From: an uncultured Alphaproteobacteria bacterium
GTDB lineage: Bacteria; Pseudomonadota; Alphaproteobacteria; RF32; CAG-239
Assembly (NCBI GenBank): GCA_944391705.1
Contig: CALXUN010000007.1
Coordinates: 197-64,196 of the forward strand
Direction of reading: 5' to 3'
DNA: 64,000 nucleotides
A program made the translations under genes and the position numbers. Below, piece after piece: positions 28,383 through 39,100 of the stretch; position 1 is the stretch's first letter; the number at the start of each line of letters is the position of its first letter. The notes beneath the pieces were generated by a model. The model was given only the letters and a program-made list of their open reading frames with translations, had not been told where the DNA came from and did not search any database.

Positions 28383-29471
28383 ATGATGGGGAAAATAAAC
28401 AAGATGTTAGCTTTTTTATTGCTGGGGTTGATTGTATTTTCGCCGGCCGGCGCCTTTGCTGCCAGTGGTGATATTTTTACGATTATTTCCAATAAAATGA
28501 TCACCACCATCCAGGATGTTCGTAAAATTGTTTATATCATTGCCGGCTTCGGTTTAATTATGTTTGCCGTGCTGGCTGTTTTTAATAAAATCAGCTTTAA
28601 ACACCTTTCTTATATCATGATAGGCCTTTCGCTGTTATCGGTCATGATGCCGTTTATCAATTACTTTAGCGGTGCTAATTTGGAAGATTCCGAATATTCG
28701 TACGAAAATTTCATAGCCGGCGGCGATGCCAGCATTACAGGGAGTGATTTGGGCGATTTGACGGAATGTACGGGAGCTATCTGTCCCGATGGATTGGAAG
28801 GCGGTCTGGGAGATAATAATGGGCTTGCAGGATTGCCTAACGGTTTGCTGGATGATTTGAAATCTGATCTTCCGGATTTAGATTTGGCAAATATTACCAC
28901 GCCGTATGATAAGAATGGCTGCCGGACAGTAAACGGTGAGCAGGACTGTTGCGAAGGGACGGTTAAAAACGGCCAATGTAAAAAAAGCTTTAAGCAGACA
29001 TTTAAAGATATTGCAGAAACGGCAAAAAATATTATTGCCGGGGGAAAAAGCATTGTTGGCGCGGTGGATTCAGGCATCAATGCTGTTAATGCTGCTAAAG
29101 AAGGCATGGATAATATCGGTGATATTATTTCCGGTGATGGAAATGTGTTTGATAAACTAGGCGGCTTGGCAGGTACTGTTGGTTCTACGATAGGCTCAAT
29201 AACCGGTGGTACGGCAGCGGCTATGGGCGGCTTAGGCTCTGCTTTAGGTTATGCGGGAGCTGCCGGGGATGTTATTAAGGGAGATGACAGTACATCCAGT
29301 GCAATTGATAATTCCGGTGTCGGTGATGCTTTGGATGTAATTGGCAGTGGTGCCAACGATGTCGGCAACGAAGTTCGTGATTTTACAAGTACGACCGAAG
29401 ATTTGGCCGGATATGGCAATCAGGCTGTTAATATGGGCGAAAAGGTTAAAGATTGGTTTGGCAGAAAATAA
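28383..29471 (+). CDS. VirB2-like pilin domain fused to a Cys- and Gly-rich extension
   Basis: Signal AFA, IVYIIAGFGLIMFAVLAVFNKISFKH aligns with pilins 1 and 2; ~260-aa tail; AAGGAGG RBS. Confidence 0.6.
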   Translation: MMGKINKMLAFLLLGLIVFSPAGAFAASGDIFTIISNKMITTIQDVRKIVYIIAGFGLIMFAVLAVFNKISFKHLSYIMIGLSLLSVMMPFINYFSGANLEDSEYSYENFIAGGDASITGSDLGDLTECTGAICPDGLEGGLGDNNGLAGLPNGLLDDLKSDLPDLDLANITTPYDKNGCRTVNGEQDCCEGTVKNGQCKKSFKQTFKDIAETAKNIIAGGKSIVGAVDSGINAVNAAKEGMDNIGDIISGDGNVFDKLGGLAGTVGSTIGSITGGTAAAMGGLGSALGYAGAAGDVIKGDDSTSSAIDNSGVGDALDVIGSGANDVGNEVRDFTSTTEDLAGYGNQAVNMGEKVKDWFGRK

Positions 29472-29588
29472 GTGTTTTGTTGTTGAAATACTCTGGCCAA
29501 ATGTGTTGAAAGTGGATTATTTTCTAAAAACGGTTGACGAAAGGCTAAAGAGGTTTCACTATTAAAATAATTATTAAGAGGGATTAAG

Positions 29589-29879
29589 ATGCGTGATATG
29601 ATTTTAAAAGCCGTGGCTCAGCCGCCCAAGATTTTTTGGGGGCCGGTGCTTCCTGTCGCATTAAATGTCGGCCTGCAGTTTCCGCTCATGTTTATGATGA
29701 TTGGTGTTGGCGACATGAATCCTCTCTTTTTTATCTGTACGATTTTACTGGCACATGCTGCCATTGTTTTGGCCGGTACCCGCGAACCGCATTTGTCAGC
29801 TATGATTCAGGCTTTTGGCCAGACTAACAAAGTTTCGAACAATTTGTATCCGGAAAGGGGAAATAAATTTGAACCCTGA
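29589..29879 (+). CDS. virB3: VirB3-like protein
   Basis: KAVAQPPKIFWGP, two TMs, LAH...REPH; overlaps the virB4 start. Confidence 0.75.
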   Translation: MRDMILKAVAQPPKIFWGPVLPVALNVGLQFPLMFMMIGVGDMNPLFFICTILLAHAAIVLAGTREPHLSAMIQAFGQTNKVSNNLYPERGNKFEP

Positions 29880-32301
29880 TTTTGACTTTTTTACAATGTT
29901 TGTTGAAGGCTTGAGCAATGTAGAAGTTGCCGTGGCCATCATAGGTTTTATCTCGGCGGCAGCATTTGCCGTGCTTCTTTCAACCAAATTCGGTTCCTGG
30001 GTGCTGCCACAACCGAGAGAATCTCGCGTATCTGACTTTTTGCCTTTTGCCAAGCTTTTGGAAGATGGTATGACAATTCGCTGTACCAACGGGTCTTATG
30101 CGCGGGTTTTCCGTATAACCGGCATGGATTTATCTTCGGCAACGCCGGAGAAGGTTTATTCTATGATGGAGGCTCGGAAATCCTGGATTGATAACCTTTC
30201 GGAATTGCAAATCGTCTGTCGGGTTATAACGCTTCGTGAGCGCAGTGAAATGGAAGACGAACAGGGGGACTTCCAAAATGAGCTGTTGGAAAAAGTTTCC
30301 AAGGTTTGGGCGGAAAACATGAGCCGGATTTATACCAACCGGCATTATGTGGTTTTATCGGTTATTGACCGTAAAGATGCTTTGAAAGATTTAAACTATG
30401 CCAGTCAATCATTGATTGCAACTTTAGGTGAGTATGGCGTATCGCAAATGTATGAAGCGCCGGACAGCCCTGCAACAGATAGTCCTTTGTATGTTTTCAG
30501 CCGTTTATGCAGCCCCGTTTCCAAACCTGAGCCGAAAATCCGCAATGCCGAAGGGGCAGAATTAAATGAAATGCTTACATCTGATCATATACATTTCACA
30601 CGCGAGCAGGGAATTATCCGTTTCTTTTCCGGAGATAAAGAACTTTATGAAATAGCCATGGGTATTCGCACCACGGGTGATTTTATGGATGAAAGCATGA
30701 TTGTCTCACTGCTTTCGATTGACTGCGAATTAGTCTTAATGCACAACATCCGCCCGATTTTCAAGCCTCAGGCACGGATGATACTGATTCAGCAACAAAG
30801 AATGGCGGTTTTAACGAGCTTTTCACCGGAAGTCGTCAATCAATACAGCCAGGCGCTGTCCACCATTGAGGATAGCGATGCTGATTATCAGGCTTTAACT
30901 GAGTATTCCATGACGGTTTTGTTAAAAGGTTCCAGCAAAGAGGAGTTGGATTTCGGAGAAGCTGAAGTGCAGCGTATTTGCCGCAGTTTCGGCGTGACGC
31001 CGGTTCGCGAAGGCTGGGTGGCTCAGGCAACGTTTTTCAGCCAGTTTCCGACATATGACACCTATCCGAGAACTTACCGTTATTTATCGCGGATTGTTGC
31101 ACTGGCAATTTCTTTTGATAAACCGGCGGAAGGCTTTAATAAAAGCGACTGGGGGCCGGGAGCAATTACGGTTTTCCGGACGATGTCCGGTTCGGCATAT
31201 CGTTTTCAGTTCCATGTTTCTTCTGAAGAATCAGCCGTGGCACACTGTTGTATTATCGGACCGACCGGCCAAGGTAAAACGACATTGCTGACATTTTTGG
31301 CAGGACAGGCCATGCGTCACAGTGATTTGAAAGTGTTTTTCTTTGACCGCCACCGCGGTGCGGAAATTTTTACCCGTGCCATCGGCGGGGCGTATGTCGG
31401 CTTTGACGGTGATAATAAGAATGTATCGCTTAATCCGTTTGATGCGGATAATACGCCGAACAACAGAGCCTTTCTGCGCCGCTGGATGAAATCTATTACT
31501 TTGGCAGATGATGCGCTTTCCGAACGTGAAATTGCCCGCGCGGTTACAACGGCGTTTGATTATCTGCGGCCGGAAGAACGGATTATGAAAAACCTGTATA
31601 AGAGCTGTTTTTCACCGACCGGAACCATGCGTCGGGAATTATATCGTTGGATTAATCCGGATCAATACGGCAATATTTTCAATGCCGAAAATGATAGTCT
31701 GGATTTAAAATCCAAACGCTTTATGGCTTTTGATTTTACCCATATTTTTGAAGATGAAACCTTAGCGCCTGCCGTTATCAGCTACATTATGCACCGTATT
31801 CAGTCAGAAACCGGTGAAACCGGTGTTCCGTCCCTGATTATGATTGATGAAACGGCGCCGATGTTAAAACACCCGATGTTCAGGGATTATTTTATGATTG
31901 GTTTGCAAGAAGGCCGTAAAAAACGTCAGGCTTATTTGTGTGCTTTCCAACAGCCGAATATTATTGACAAGCTGGGTGTCGGCGAGGTTATCCGCGGTCA
32001 GTGCCAAACGGTTATTTTCTTCCGCAACCCGCAGGCAATGCCGGAAGATTATGCTACTTGGAATTTAACCCAGAGCGAGCTTGATTTTGTTTTTGGTAAA
32101 ACTTATCGTGATTTTCCGTATGCCATATTGTTATCGCGTCCGGCAACCGGAGAATCAGTAATCTTAGACGTCAATTTAGGCGCATTAGGCCCATACTTAA
32201 AGCTCTATAACTCCGGCCGGAAAAATGTTTTACTGGTTGAAGAGCTGATAAAAGAATATGGCGAAAACAACTTTGTTACAAAATATTTAAATATGGCTTA
32301 A
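29869..32301 (+). CDS. virB4: VirB4 family T4SS ATPase
   Basis: YRFQFH, HCCIIGPTGQGKTTL, FFDRHRGAEIF..A.GG.Y, LNPF, IMIDE, RKK...FQQP. Confidence 0.9.
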   Translation: MNPDFDFFTMFVEGLSNVEVAVAIIGFISAAAFAVLLSTKFGSWVLPQPRESRVSDFLPFAKLLEDGMTIRCTNGSYARVFRITGMDLSSATPEKVYSMMEARKSWIDNLSELQIVCRVITLRERSEMEDEQGDFQNELLEKVSKVWAENMSRIYTNRHYVVLSVIDRKDALKDLNYASQSLIATLGEYGVSQMYEAPDSPATDSPLYVFSRLCSPVSKPEPKIRNAEGAELNEMLTSDHIHFTREQGIIRFFSGDKELYEIAMGIRTTGDFMDESMIVSLLSIDCELVLMHNIRPIFKPQARMILIQQQRMAVLTSFSPEVVNQYSQALSTIEDSDADYQALTEYSMTVLLKGSSKEELDFGEAEVQRICRSFGVTPVREGWVAQATFFSQFPTYDTYPRTYRYLSRIVALAISFDKPAEGFNKSDWGPGAITVFRTMSGSAYRFQFHVSSEESAVAHCCIIGPTGQGKTTLLTFLAGQAMRHSDLKVFFFDRHRGAEIFTRAIGGAYVGFDGDNKNVSLNPFDADNTPNNRAFLRRWMKSITLADDALSEREIARAVTTAFDYLRPEERIMKNLYKSCFSPTGTMRRELYRWINPDQYGNIFNAENDSLDLKSKRFMAFDFTHIFEDETLAPAVISYIMHRIQSETGETGVPSLIMIDETAPMLKHPMFRDYFMIGLQEGRKKRQAYLCAFQQPNIIDKLGVGEVIRGQCQTVIFFRNPQAMPEDYATWNLTQSELDFVFGKTYRDFPYAILLSRPATGESVILDVNLGALGPYLKLYNSGRKNVLLVEELIKEYGENNFVTKYLNMA

Positions 32302-32385
32302 AGGACAAAATATCGTTTTGTGTTTTCAAAGCTGTGTGTTAAAATAAAAATTAGTATGAAAACGAACTTTATAAAGGGGGTCAGT

Positions 32386-34197
32386 ATGAACAAAAAGCAA
32401 TCTTTCAAAATTTTTTGTTTAACCTGTACGGGTATGCTCATGCTGGCTTTACCGGTAAAAGCGCAATGGCCGACGCTTGATTTATCGCAGGTAACCAACA
32501 TGATTAATGGATGGACATCCCAGATTGAATCAACATCTTCTACCATCCAATCGACATTATCTGTTGGTAATATTCAACAGCAGCTCGGGGATGCTATCGG
32601 CGGTTTGTCAAAATTTACCGACGCCAAAGAAAAAGCTGAAAAATTGGCAGAAAAAGTAGAAAAGCAGAAAAAGCGCGCTGAAAAATTAATAGAATTAAAG
32701 AAGAAGTTTGAAGAACAGGTAGAAAACGCCAAAAAATTTGCGGATAATGTCAAATCAGAAGTAAATAGCGTCGTTGATGCCGGCAAAAATTTATATGAAG
32801 AAGGCATGGAAATTTATGAAGAGGGAAAATCTATTTACGATGAAGGCATGGATATGTATGAAGAAGGGAAAGCTCTTTATGAAGAAGGAAAAGAAACAGT
32901 AGATGCTTTTCAAGATGTCATAAATGGCGGAGAATCTGCTACGGAAACAAATAGCGGTGATATAACAACGGAAAACGAAGAACAGCTCACCGAAGAAGAA
33001 ATTATGGACAGCGAGGCTTTAGACAATGAAGCGATTGCGGATTTGATTTCTGATGAAGAATTTTCCGAAGGAAGCTGGAGTGGTGAAGGCGGATATTTTG
33101 GAACAGAGGCAGAATTTTCCGAAGCAGGTGTTGATACGGCATTGCCGACAATTTCCGGGGAAACCTTATCTGTCGAAGAAGAAACGCTTATCGGCCGTCA
33201 GCCGTTTGCAAGTGGAAATTCAGAGGGAAAAAATGCGGTTTCGGATGAAACGCAAACATCGGAAGCTGCATCCAAAGGTGTTTTAACAACCAGTGGAATT
33301 AGTGCCGTTAAAACGGGTGTGGAAACTGTAAGTCCGACTGTTTCCAAAGAGTTAACCACTTCAGATGACAAAATTTCTGTTAAGACAAACGGAATATCAT
33401 CGACGTCAATCAAAGAAACCCCGGTACGCCGTGCTTTTACAACGCAGTCTGCTACAATGAAGAACACATCAGTAGAAACATCGGCGAAAGAATCTGATTT
33501 GTCAGCTAAAACAGCTGTGCAACCGGCAGTCAATTCGGTATCTGCTTCCGGGGCGGCTGTTTTGAAATCAAGTCCGGTTTCTGCGGAAACATCGGCCAGT
33601 TCCGTTTCACCGGCCAGTTCCGTTTCAGAAATAAAGACAGCACCTGTACGCCGTGCGTTTACGACATCTTCAGCTGATTTCTTGTATCAAGCCAGACAGC
33701 CAATGGCTTTTGCACAAACAACACCTGTGACCTTTAAAACCGGAACCAATAATGACGGCAAATTCATTTATTCGGATATTATTGCCAATAAATGCAGTAT
33801 AAATTTCGATGAAGTTGATGAAGAAAAAGTAATAGAATGCGTTAAAACCTGGGTTTTAGGTATGAATGATGCCAATGCCGAAACAGCGACAGACTGGAAA
33901 AACGAGTATAACAAGGCCAAGCGGGATCATGTCGCGGCAGATTTGGCTATGGCGCTGACGCAAAAAAACTATTCGGCATCATTTGATACGGAGGTTGCCG
34001 ATGATTTAGACAGCAAATCGGAAGCCTTAACCAACGAGCGTGAAGAAATTTCTTTTGTCGGCAAAGTCACTCAGACCAATCAGGAAGTCATTATTCGCTT
34101 GATGGAAGCTATGACCGGACAGGCCATAACGGAAGCCTGGTCAGCGATAGGAATCATGGATAAAGATTATTATGATGAGGAAGAGACCGATGAATAA
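32386..34197 (+). CDS. Secreted protein with VirB5/TrbJ-like N-terminus, heptad repeats and Ser/Thr linker
   Basis: VKA|QWPTLDLSQV start, coiled coil, acidic and S/T-rich middle, helical C-terminal domain; directly after virB4. Confidence 0.5.
   Translation: MNKKQSFKIFCLTCTGMLMLALPVKAQWPTLDLSQVTNMINGWTSQIESTSSTIQSTLSVGNIQQQLGDAIGGLSKFTDAKEKAEKLAEKVEKQKKRAEKLIELKKKFEEQVENAKKFADNVKSEVNSVVDAGKNLYEEGMEIYEEGKSIYDEGMDMYEEGKALYEEGKETVDAFQDVINGGESATETNSGDITTENEEQLTEEEIMDSEALDNEAIADLISDEEFSEGSWSGEGGYFGTEAEFSEAGVDTALPTISGETLSVEEETLIGRQPFASGNSEGKNAVSDETQTSEAASKGVLTTSGISAVKTGVETVSPTVSKELTTSDDKISVKTNGISSTSIKETPVRRAFTTQSATMKNTSVETSAKESDLSAKTAVQPAVNSVSASGAAVLKSSPVSAETSASSVSPASSVSEIKTAPVRRAFTTSSADFLYQARQPMAFAQTTPVTFKTGTNNDGKFIYSDIIANKCSINFDEVDEEKVIECVKTWVLGMNDANAETATDWKNEYNKAKRDHVAADLAMALTQKNYSASFDTEVADDLDSKSEALTNEREEISFVGKVTQTNQEVIIRLMEAMTGQAITEAWSAIGIMDKDYYDEEETDE
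32794..32898 (+). repeat. Five 21-bp degenerate repeats (YEEGxxx heptads)
   Basis: YEEGMEI YEEGKSI YDEGMDM YEEGKAL YEEGKET. Confidence 0.85.
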
Positions 34198-34858
34198 GCT
34201 TTTTTTAATAATACTTTGTATTATCGGCTTGGGAATAACTCTTCCGGCGCAAGCAGATATTGAATCAATAAGTGCGGCAATTAAGGGCGGCTATACCAAT
34301 GTTCAGGCGCAGCTTAAAACTGTACAGGATGCGGCAGATTCTGTGACGAAACTAAAGGATACTGCCATTCAGGGTGTTACCGGGATTATGGGAAACATAA
34401 ATGAAATTGTTGATACGGCAACCAATCCGACTTCTCTTATAGGCGATGTCAAGACATCTGTCATGGGGGGCTTAAAAGATGCTTTTGATGGTTCAAAAAA
34501 TGAAGACGAATTGGTCGAAAATGTTACTGAAAATTATACCCGGGTATTTGGTGCCGAAAACAGCATTACCGAAGCCAAAAAACTACAGGCTACAATTAAT
34601 AAAAACATGGGCGAAAACGCGGCAACTCTTTACGGACGAACGCTGGTACTGCGGCAGGAATTGATGAATGAAGAGAATCCCGAACATTCCCTGGAAACAA
34701 TTCAGGAGGCTTTACAGGCCAGCAATGAGATGGTCATTACCTCCTTAAGGCGCTGGAATAAGATTTTGGAAATGCAGGCCTACATTAATGAATATAAAAA
34801 TTCAGTTGCCATGCAGAATTTCACCCGCAATGCGGAGGATACCGCCGATGAAGAATAA
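34190..34858 (+). CDS. Secreted helical protein, T4SS-associated
   Basis: Signal peptide AQA|D; overlaps both neighbours (translational coupling). Confidence 0.6.
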   Translation: MNKLFLIILCIIGLGITLPAQADIESISAAIKGGYTNVQAQLKTVQDAADSVTKLKDTAIQGVTGIMGNINEIVDTATNPTSLIGDVKTSVMGGLKDAFDGSKNEDELVENVTENYTRVFGAENSITEAKKLQATINKNMGENAATLYGRTLVLRQELMNEENPEHSLETIQEALQASNEMVITSLRRWNKILEMQAYINEYKNSVAMQNFTRNAEDTADEE

Positions 34859-36143
34859 AGTTAAGAAAATAGTAATTATAATCGGTTGCTTTTTTGTAAT
34901 TGGCAATACGCAAGATGCACTGGCACAAATCAAATTTGGCACATCAGAAACGGCCGGGGCAATAATGAGTAATATTCAAAAGGCTGAGGAGTGGGTGCAA
35001 AATCAGGTCAACACGGCTTCACAGAAAATGCAGGAACTGATAACCGGGCCGAAAATTCAGGCGGCTATTGAAAAAATCCGGGCTTTAAAAGAAAGTATTA
35101 CAGCAGCAGCAAATGAAATCAAAGATGCTTACGACGACGTTTCAGGAAGCATTGATGCGGTTTCTGATAATATAAACGAAACCGTTGCCGGCATTAATGA
35201 ACAGGCAGATCAGATAACCGGTGAAGTTGATAATATAACCAGCGAAGTTGATAATCTAAAACAAACAGATGTCGGTACGGCGGCAAATTTGACCATGCAG
35301 TTGGCAGATATTAATCAACAGATAGAGGATAGGAAAACGGCAATTTCCGAAGAAGTGGCAGCCAAGGCGCAAGCGGCACAAGATAATTATGCCACCTTAC
35401 AGGCTATGTATGATGCTGCGGAAGATGAGGCGGATAAGGCTGTGATTTCTTCAGAGCTGGAAACTCTTACAGGAGAAATGGAGGAATATAATACCCTTCT
35501 TGAACAATTTGAAAATAATCAAGGAGATGATTATCTGAATAGTGACAGCGAGTATCAGGCTTTAATTGCCCAGCGTGACGATATAGAGGCGCAATTAGGA
35601 GATATCAGTGTCGCTGCTGCTGATTTTGCGGCGACAACCATCAAAAGCCTTTTAAGCAAAAATGATGCCGAAAAGCAGGAAGAATATAATAAAGTTATTA
35701 CCGAAAACTTCCTTAAACAAGATGAAGCAAATACGGCAGAAAATGTTGCCCGGATTATGAAACATCGCCGGGAAGTTTTTAAAGAGGATATTGCACATGT
35801 TTTATATACGGCAATTAAGCTGAAACTTCAGTTGGATGAAGATTTGGAACGTATCACGACCAAACAGGAAAATATGGCGGCTGCCGATTATAAAATGACA
35901 GCAGGAAATATGCTGGTTGAACAACGGATTGAAGATATCAAAATTTTATATAATTATACCAACTTGCTGATTGCCGATTTGCGCTTGAAAACGTCGCAGA
36001 ACATGCTTAATCAGGATCATCGGTTGAAAAATTATGATAAAAATCCGGCAGCACTTAATTTGGATAATTATATTTTTACCGAAGATGATATTCCTTCAGA
36101 TGAGGGGCAAAAAAGCTTTTTGGATTCTGTAACGGCAGATTGA
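34848..36143 (+). CDS. Secreted acidic coiled-coil protein, T4SS-associated
   Basis: Signal peptide ALA|Q, long heptad pattern; GGAGG RBS. Confidence 0.6.
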   Translation: MKNKVKKIVIIIGCFFVIGNTQDALAQIKFGTSETAGAIMSNIQKAEEWVQNQVNTASQKMQELITGPKIQAAIEKIRALKESITAAANEIKDAYDDVSGSIDAVSDNINETVAGINEQADQITGEVDNITSEVDNLKQTDVGTAANLTMQLADINQQIEDRKTAISEEVAAKAQAAQDNYATLQAMYDAAEDEADKAVISSELETLTGEMEEYNTLLEQFENNQGDDYLNSDSEYQALIAQRDDIEAQLGDISVAAADFAATTIKSLLSKNDAEKQEEYNKVITENFLKQDEANTAENVARIMKHRREVFKEDIAHVLYTAIKLKLQLDEDLERITTKQENMAAADYKMTAGNMLVEQRIEDIKILYNYTNLLIADLRLKTSQNMLNQDHRLKNYDKNPAALNLDNYIFTEDDIPSDEGQKSFLDSVTAD

Positions 36144-36153
36144 GGAGGGTATA

Positions 36154-39100
36154 ATGAAAGTAATTAAATTATATAAATGGGCCTTTATAATAAGTCTTGC
36201 CGTTATATTAAGAGCAGGTACAACGATGGCAATTGGTCCGTTTCCGCCCGGACCTTTAAGCCCGACGATAGACGCTCTGACTGATGCTGCCGAAACTGTA
36301 GAAGGAGCAAGTGCACAATTGTTGGCAGCTCAGGATAAATTGCAGCAGCTTCAGAGCGAGGTATTAAATCAAATCAAAAGCTATATTGAAAATTTGGGGC
36401 TTAATTTAAAAAATACATTGTTCAATAAAGAAAAAGGCGAACCGAATTTGGCCAGTGTCCGCACAATTGAGGAATGTAAAATTGCCGATATTACCGATGA
36501 AGATTCTGTGGCCGAAGCTTTTCATACTTTATTTTTAACTTATCCTGCGGATATTTTGGCAAAGTATCCGGAAAACCAGCGTGCCGTCAAGTTGGCGTAT
36601 AAGGAGAAAGCCGTTGAGTTCGGTAATGACGCCATGATTGAAATGTATATTACCGTACGGGACTTGGAAGAAAGAATGGAAGCCCTGAAAACGGAATATG
36701 ATGAGCTAAGCAAATGCTATGTTCAGGGTGAAAGTTCCAATGCCAGCAGTTGTGCCGGAGCATCATCCAGTGAAGAAGAGCTGGGTGTTTGGAGCAATTA
36801 TTATAAATTAAATGTTATTTATGATTCGATGCTTAAAATCACCGAAGAGCTGATGGCCTTAAAAGCACAATATGAGGTCGCTCAGGCTGTTTTGGGAGGA
36901 ATTGAACCGGTAGAGGAAAGCGAAGAAGAAAATTCCGGGGAAGAAAGTACAGGAGAAGACCAGGTCAGCCATAATGATATATTCCGTTATGTGCATACAG
37001 ACAGCAAATCATTTGCCCAAATGTTTTCAGCGATACAAACCTCTGCAACTAAGGACACCTCAATTGCCGCCGGGGCTTCAAATACGTCGTCTGCAGCCAA
37101 GACTTCAAGCACCTCTCTTACAACCGGAGTTTCAAAGGCATTGTCTGTCGAAAGCACCACAGAAACTCTCGGGGGCATGGTTTTAACCAACAAAAATGCG
37201 GTTGCTGAACAACCTGATCCTAATCAGGAAATTGTACAGGCAACATCTTATAACTTAAGTTCGCCTTTTGCCGGAACGGCTGAGCAGTTTCAATCTTCCA
37301 TGATTGCCAATAATGCCTATCAGACAGTTCAAAAAGCCTTAAAAGTTCACAATTTAAAACAGCAACTGCCGGAATATCGGAAAGTTTTTGTAGAATACAA
37401 TAAAATGAAAGCTTTGCATGAAAAAGCCATTGAACAGTTGGCCAAATCGGAAAATTGTGCCGTAAATTACATCGGTAAATATTATACAGATCCGGTTAAT
37501 GTATGGTATGGCGATGGCTGTAAATTGTCTGGTCAGACGATTATGTGTGATTCTGATAAAAGCCTGACATCGGAAACTTTGAAAAATCTGTTGCCGGGGG
37601 ATACTTTATGTGAAGATGACAAATCCAAAATCTGCAGCAGTTACGGTATAAACAGTTATTCTAGCCGAGGAGGGTTTTCCGGATGGCTGGTTTCGGCTTA
37701 TAAAGCGGCAAAAGCTGAAAAAACATTGGATTTAAATGAGGAAGACTTTGCAACCAGTATGACGGAAGAAGGGGTTGAGGCTGATGTATCAAATCTTGAA
37801 ACCTTGGGTGACCGCTACAGTACGGAAGCAAAAGAAGGAACGTCAGACAGCTCTTTGTTGCGCCCGAGTGATGAACCCAAGACGGAGGCTGCAATTCGTG
37901 AACAAAACCTGATTGCCTGGCAGATAGGGGCGGAAGCTGCTAAAGAAATAGGCGAAGACATGGCTTCCGGTTCGTCCGAATGGGGAACATTAAAAGCAAA
38001 ATATCCGTTGTGGAATGATGATAAATTAGTCTATCAACAATATTTGGATGAAAAATACGACAATATGCGCATCTACATTAAGACAATGGATTTACGACCG
38101 GCAATTGCCGAGCTGGCATTAGCAATCAGTGATCTTCTTCCCGGAGCGGGAACAATCGGAAATGTCAGCCTGAGCGATGTTAAAAATTATAATAATTCCG
38201 TATTAAATGCACTACTCCCCTCACTTAGAAATGATAAAGAAAATTCAACTGTCTTTGCTGATATTGAGCAAACCCAGGAACAAATAGATGATTCTATGGA
38301 AGAGCTTAGAAAATCTTTTAACACCGAAATGGCATTGCTTAACAATCAAAAAGCATCCCTTTACGAAAATCTGGATAATGCAAATATAGAATTAAATGAT
38401 TACAAAACGGCATACAATACGGCCATGCAGGATAAAGCGGCAGCAGAAGGAAACATTGAAGGCCAAAAGGTTGTTATTGAGATATCACAAGCCCGAAAAG
38501 CCAAGTCATCAGATGTGATGAGCAACTTTGAGTCAACGGCGGAAAGTTCCATTGGTGAATCTGATGAAACCATTACCCAGAAAGAACAAGAGGCCGAAAG
38601 TATTCTTCCGCAGATTGAAGATAAACGCGACAGTGTTGATTCATTAAGGCTCAACATGGAAAGTAAAGAAGAAGAAATAACCCGGGCCAAAAGCAGTTTT
38701 GCTGCAAATGCATCAAGTATGGAAGCTAAAGGTATATCAACAATTAAAGCCGCATTGTCTGATATGGAAAACTCAGCGGCCTCAAGCTCTCTTGGCAACA
38801 GCAGCTATCTTTCCGGCCTTTTGAATACAACGTCCTTAAATCGTGGTATGCTTAATTCTATTTTATCTGACATCATCGGAATAGCTGATAATGGTGCATC
38901 AAATATCCGTCAGCAGATTATTGACAGGATTAATACAGCGGCTGATCAGATAGAAAAGCTGCAGGAAAGCCGGTTTGATGAAGGTCGTTACAATGATATT
39001 GTTAATATTCACCGGCAAATGCTGGATGAGATTAAAAATCCGGATTTTGATGTAACAATAAGCGGCAGTTTCAATCTGGCTGCAATCTTAACGGCCAGTG

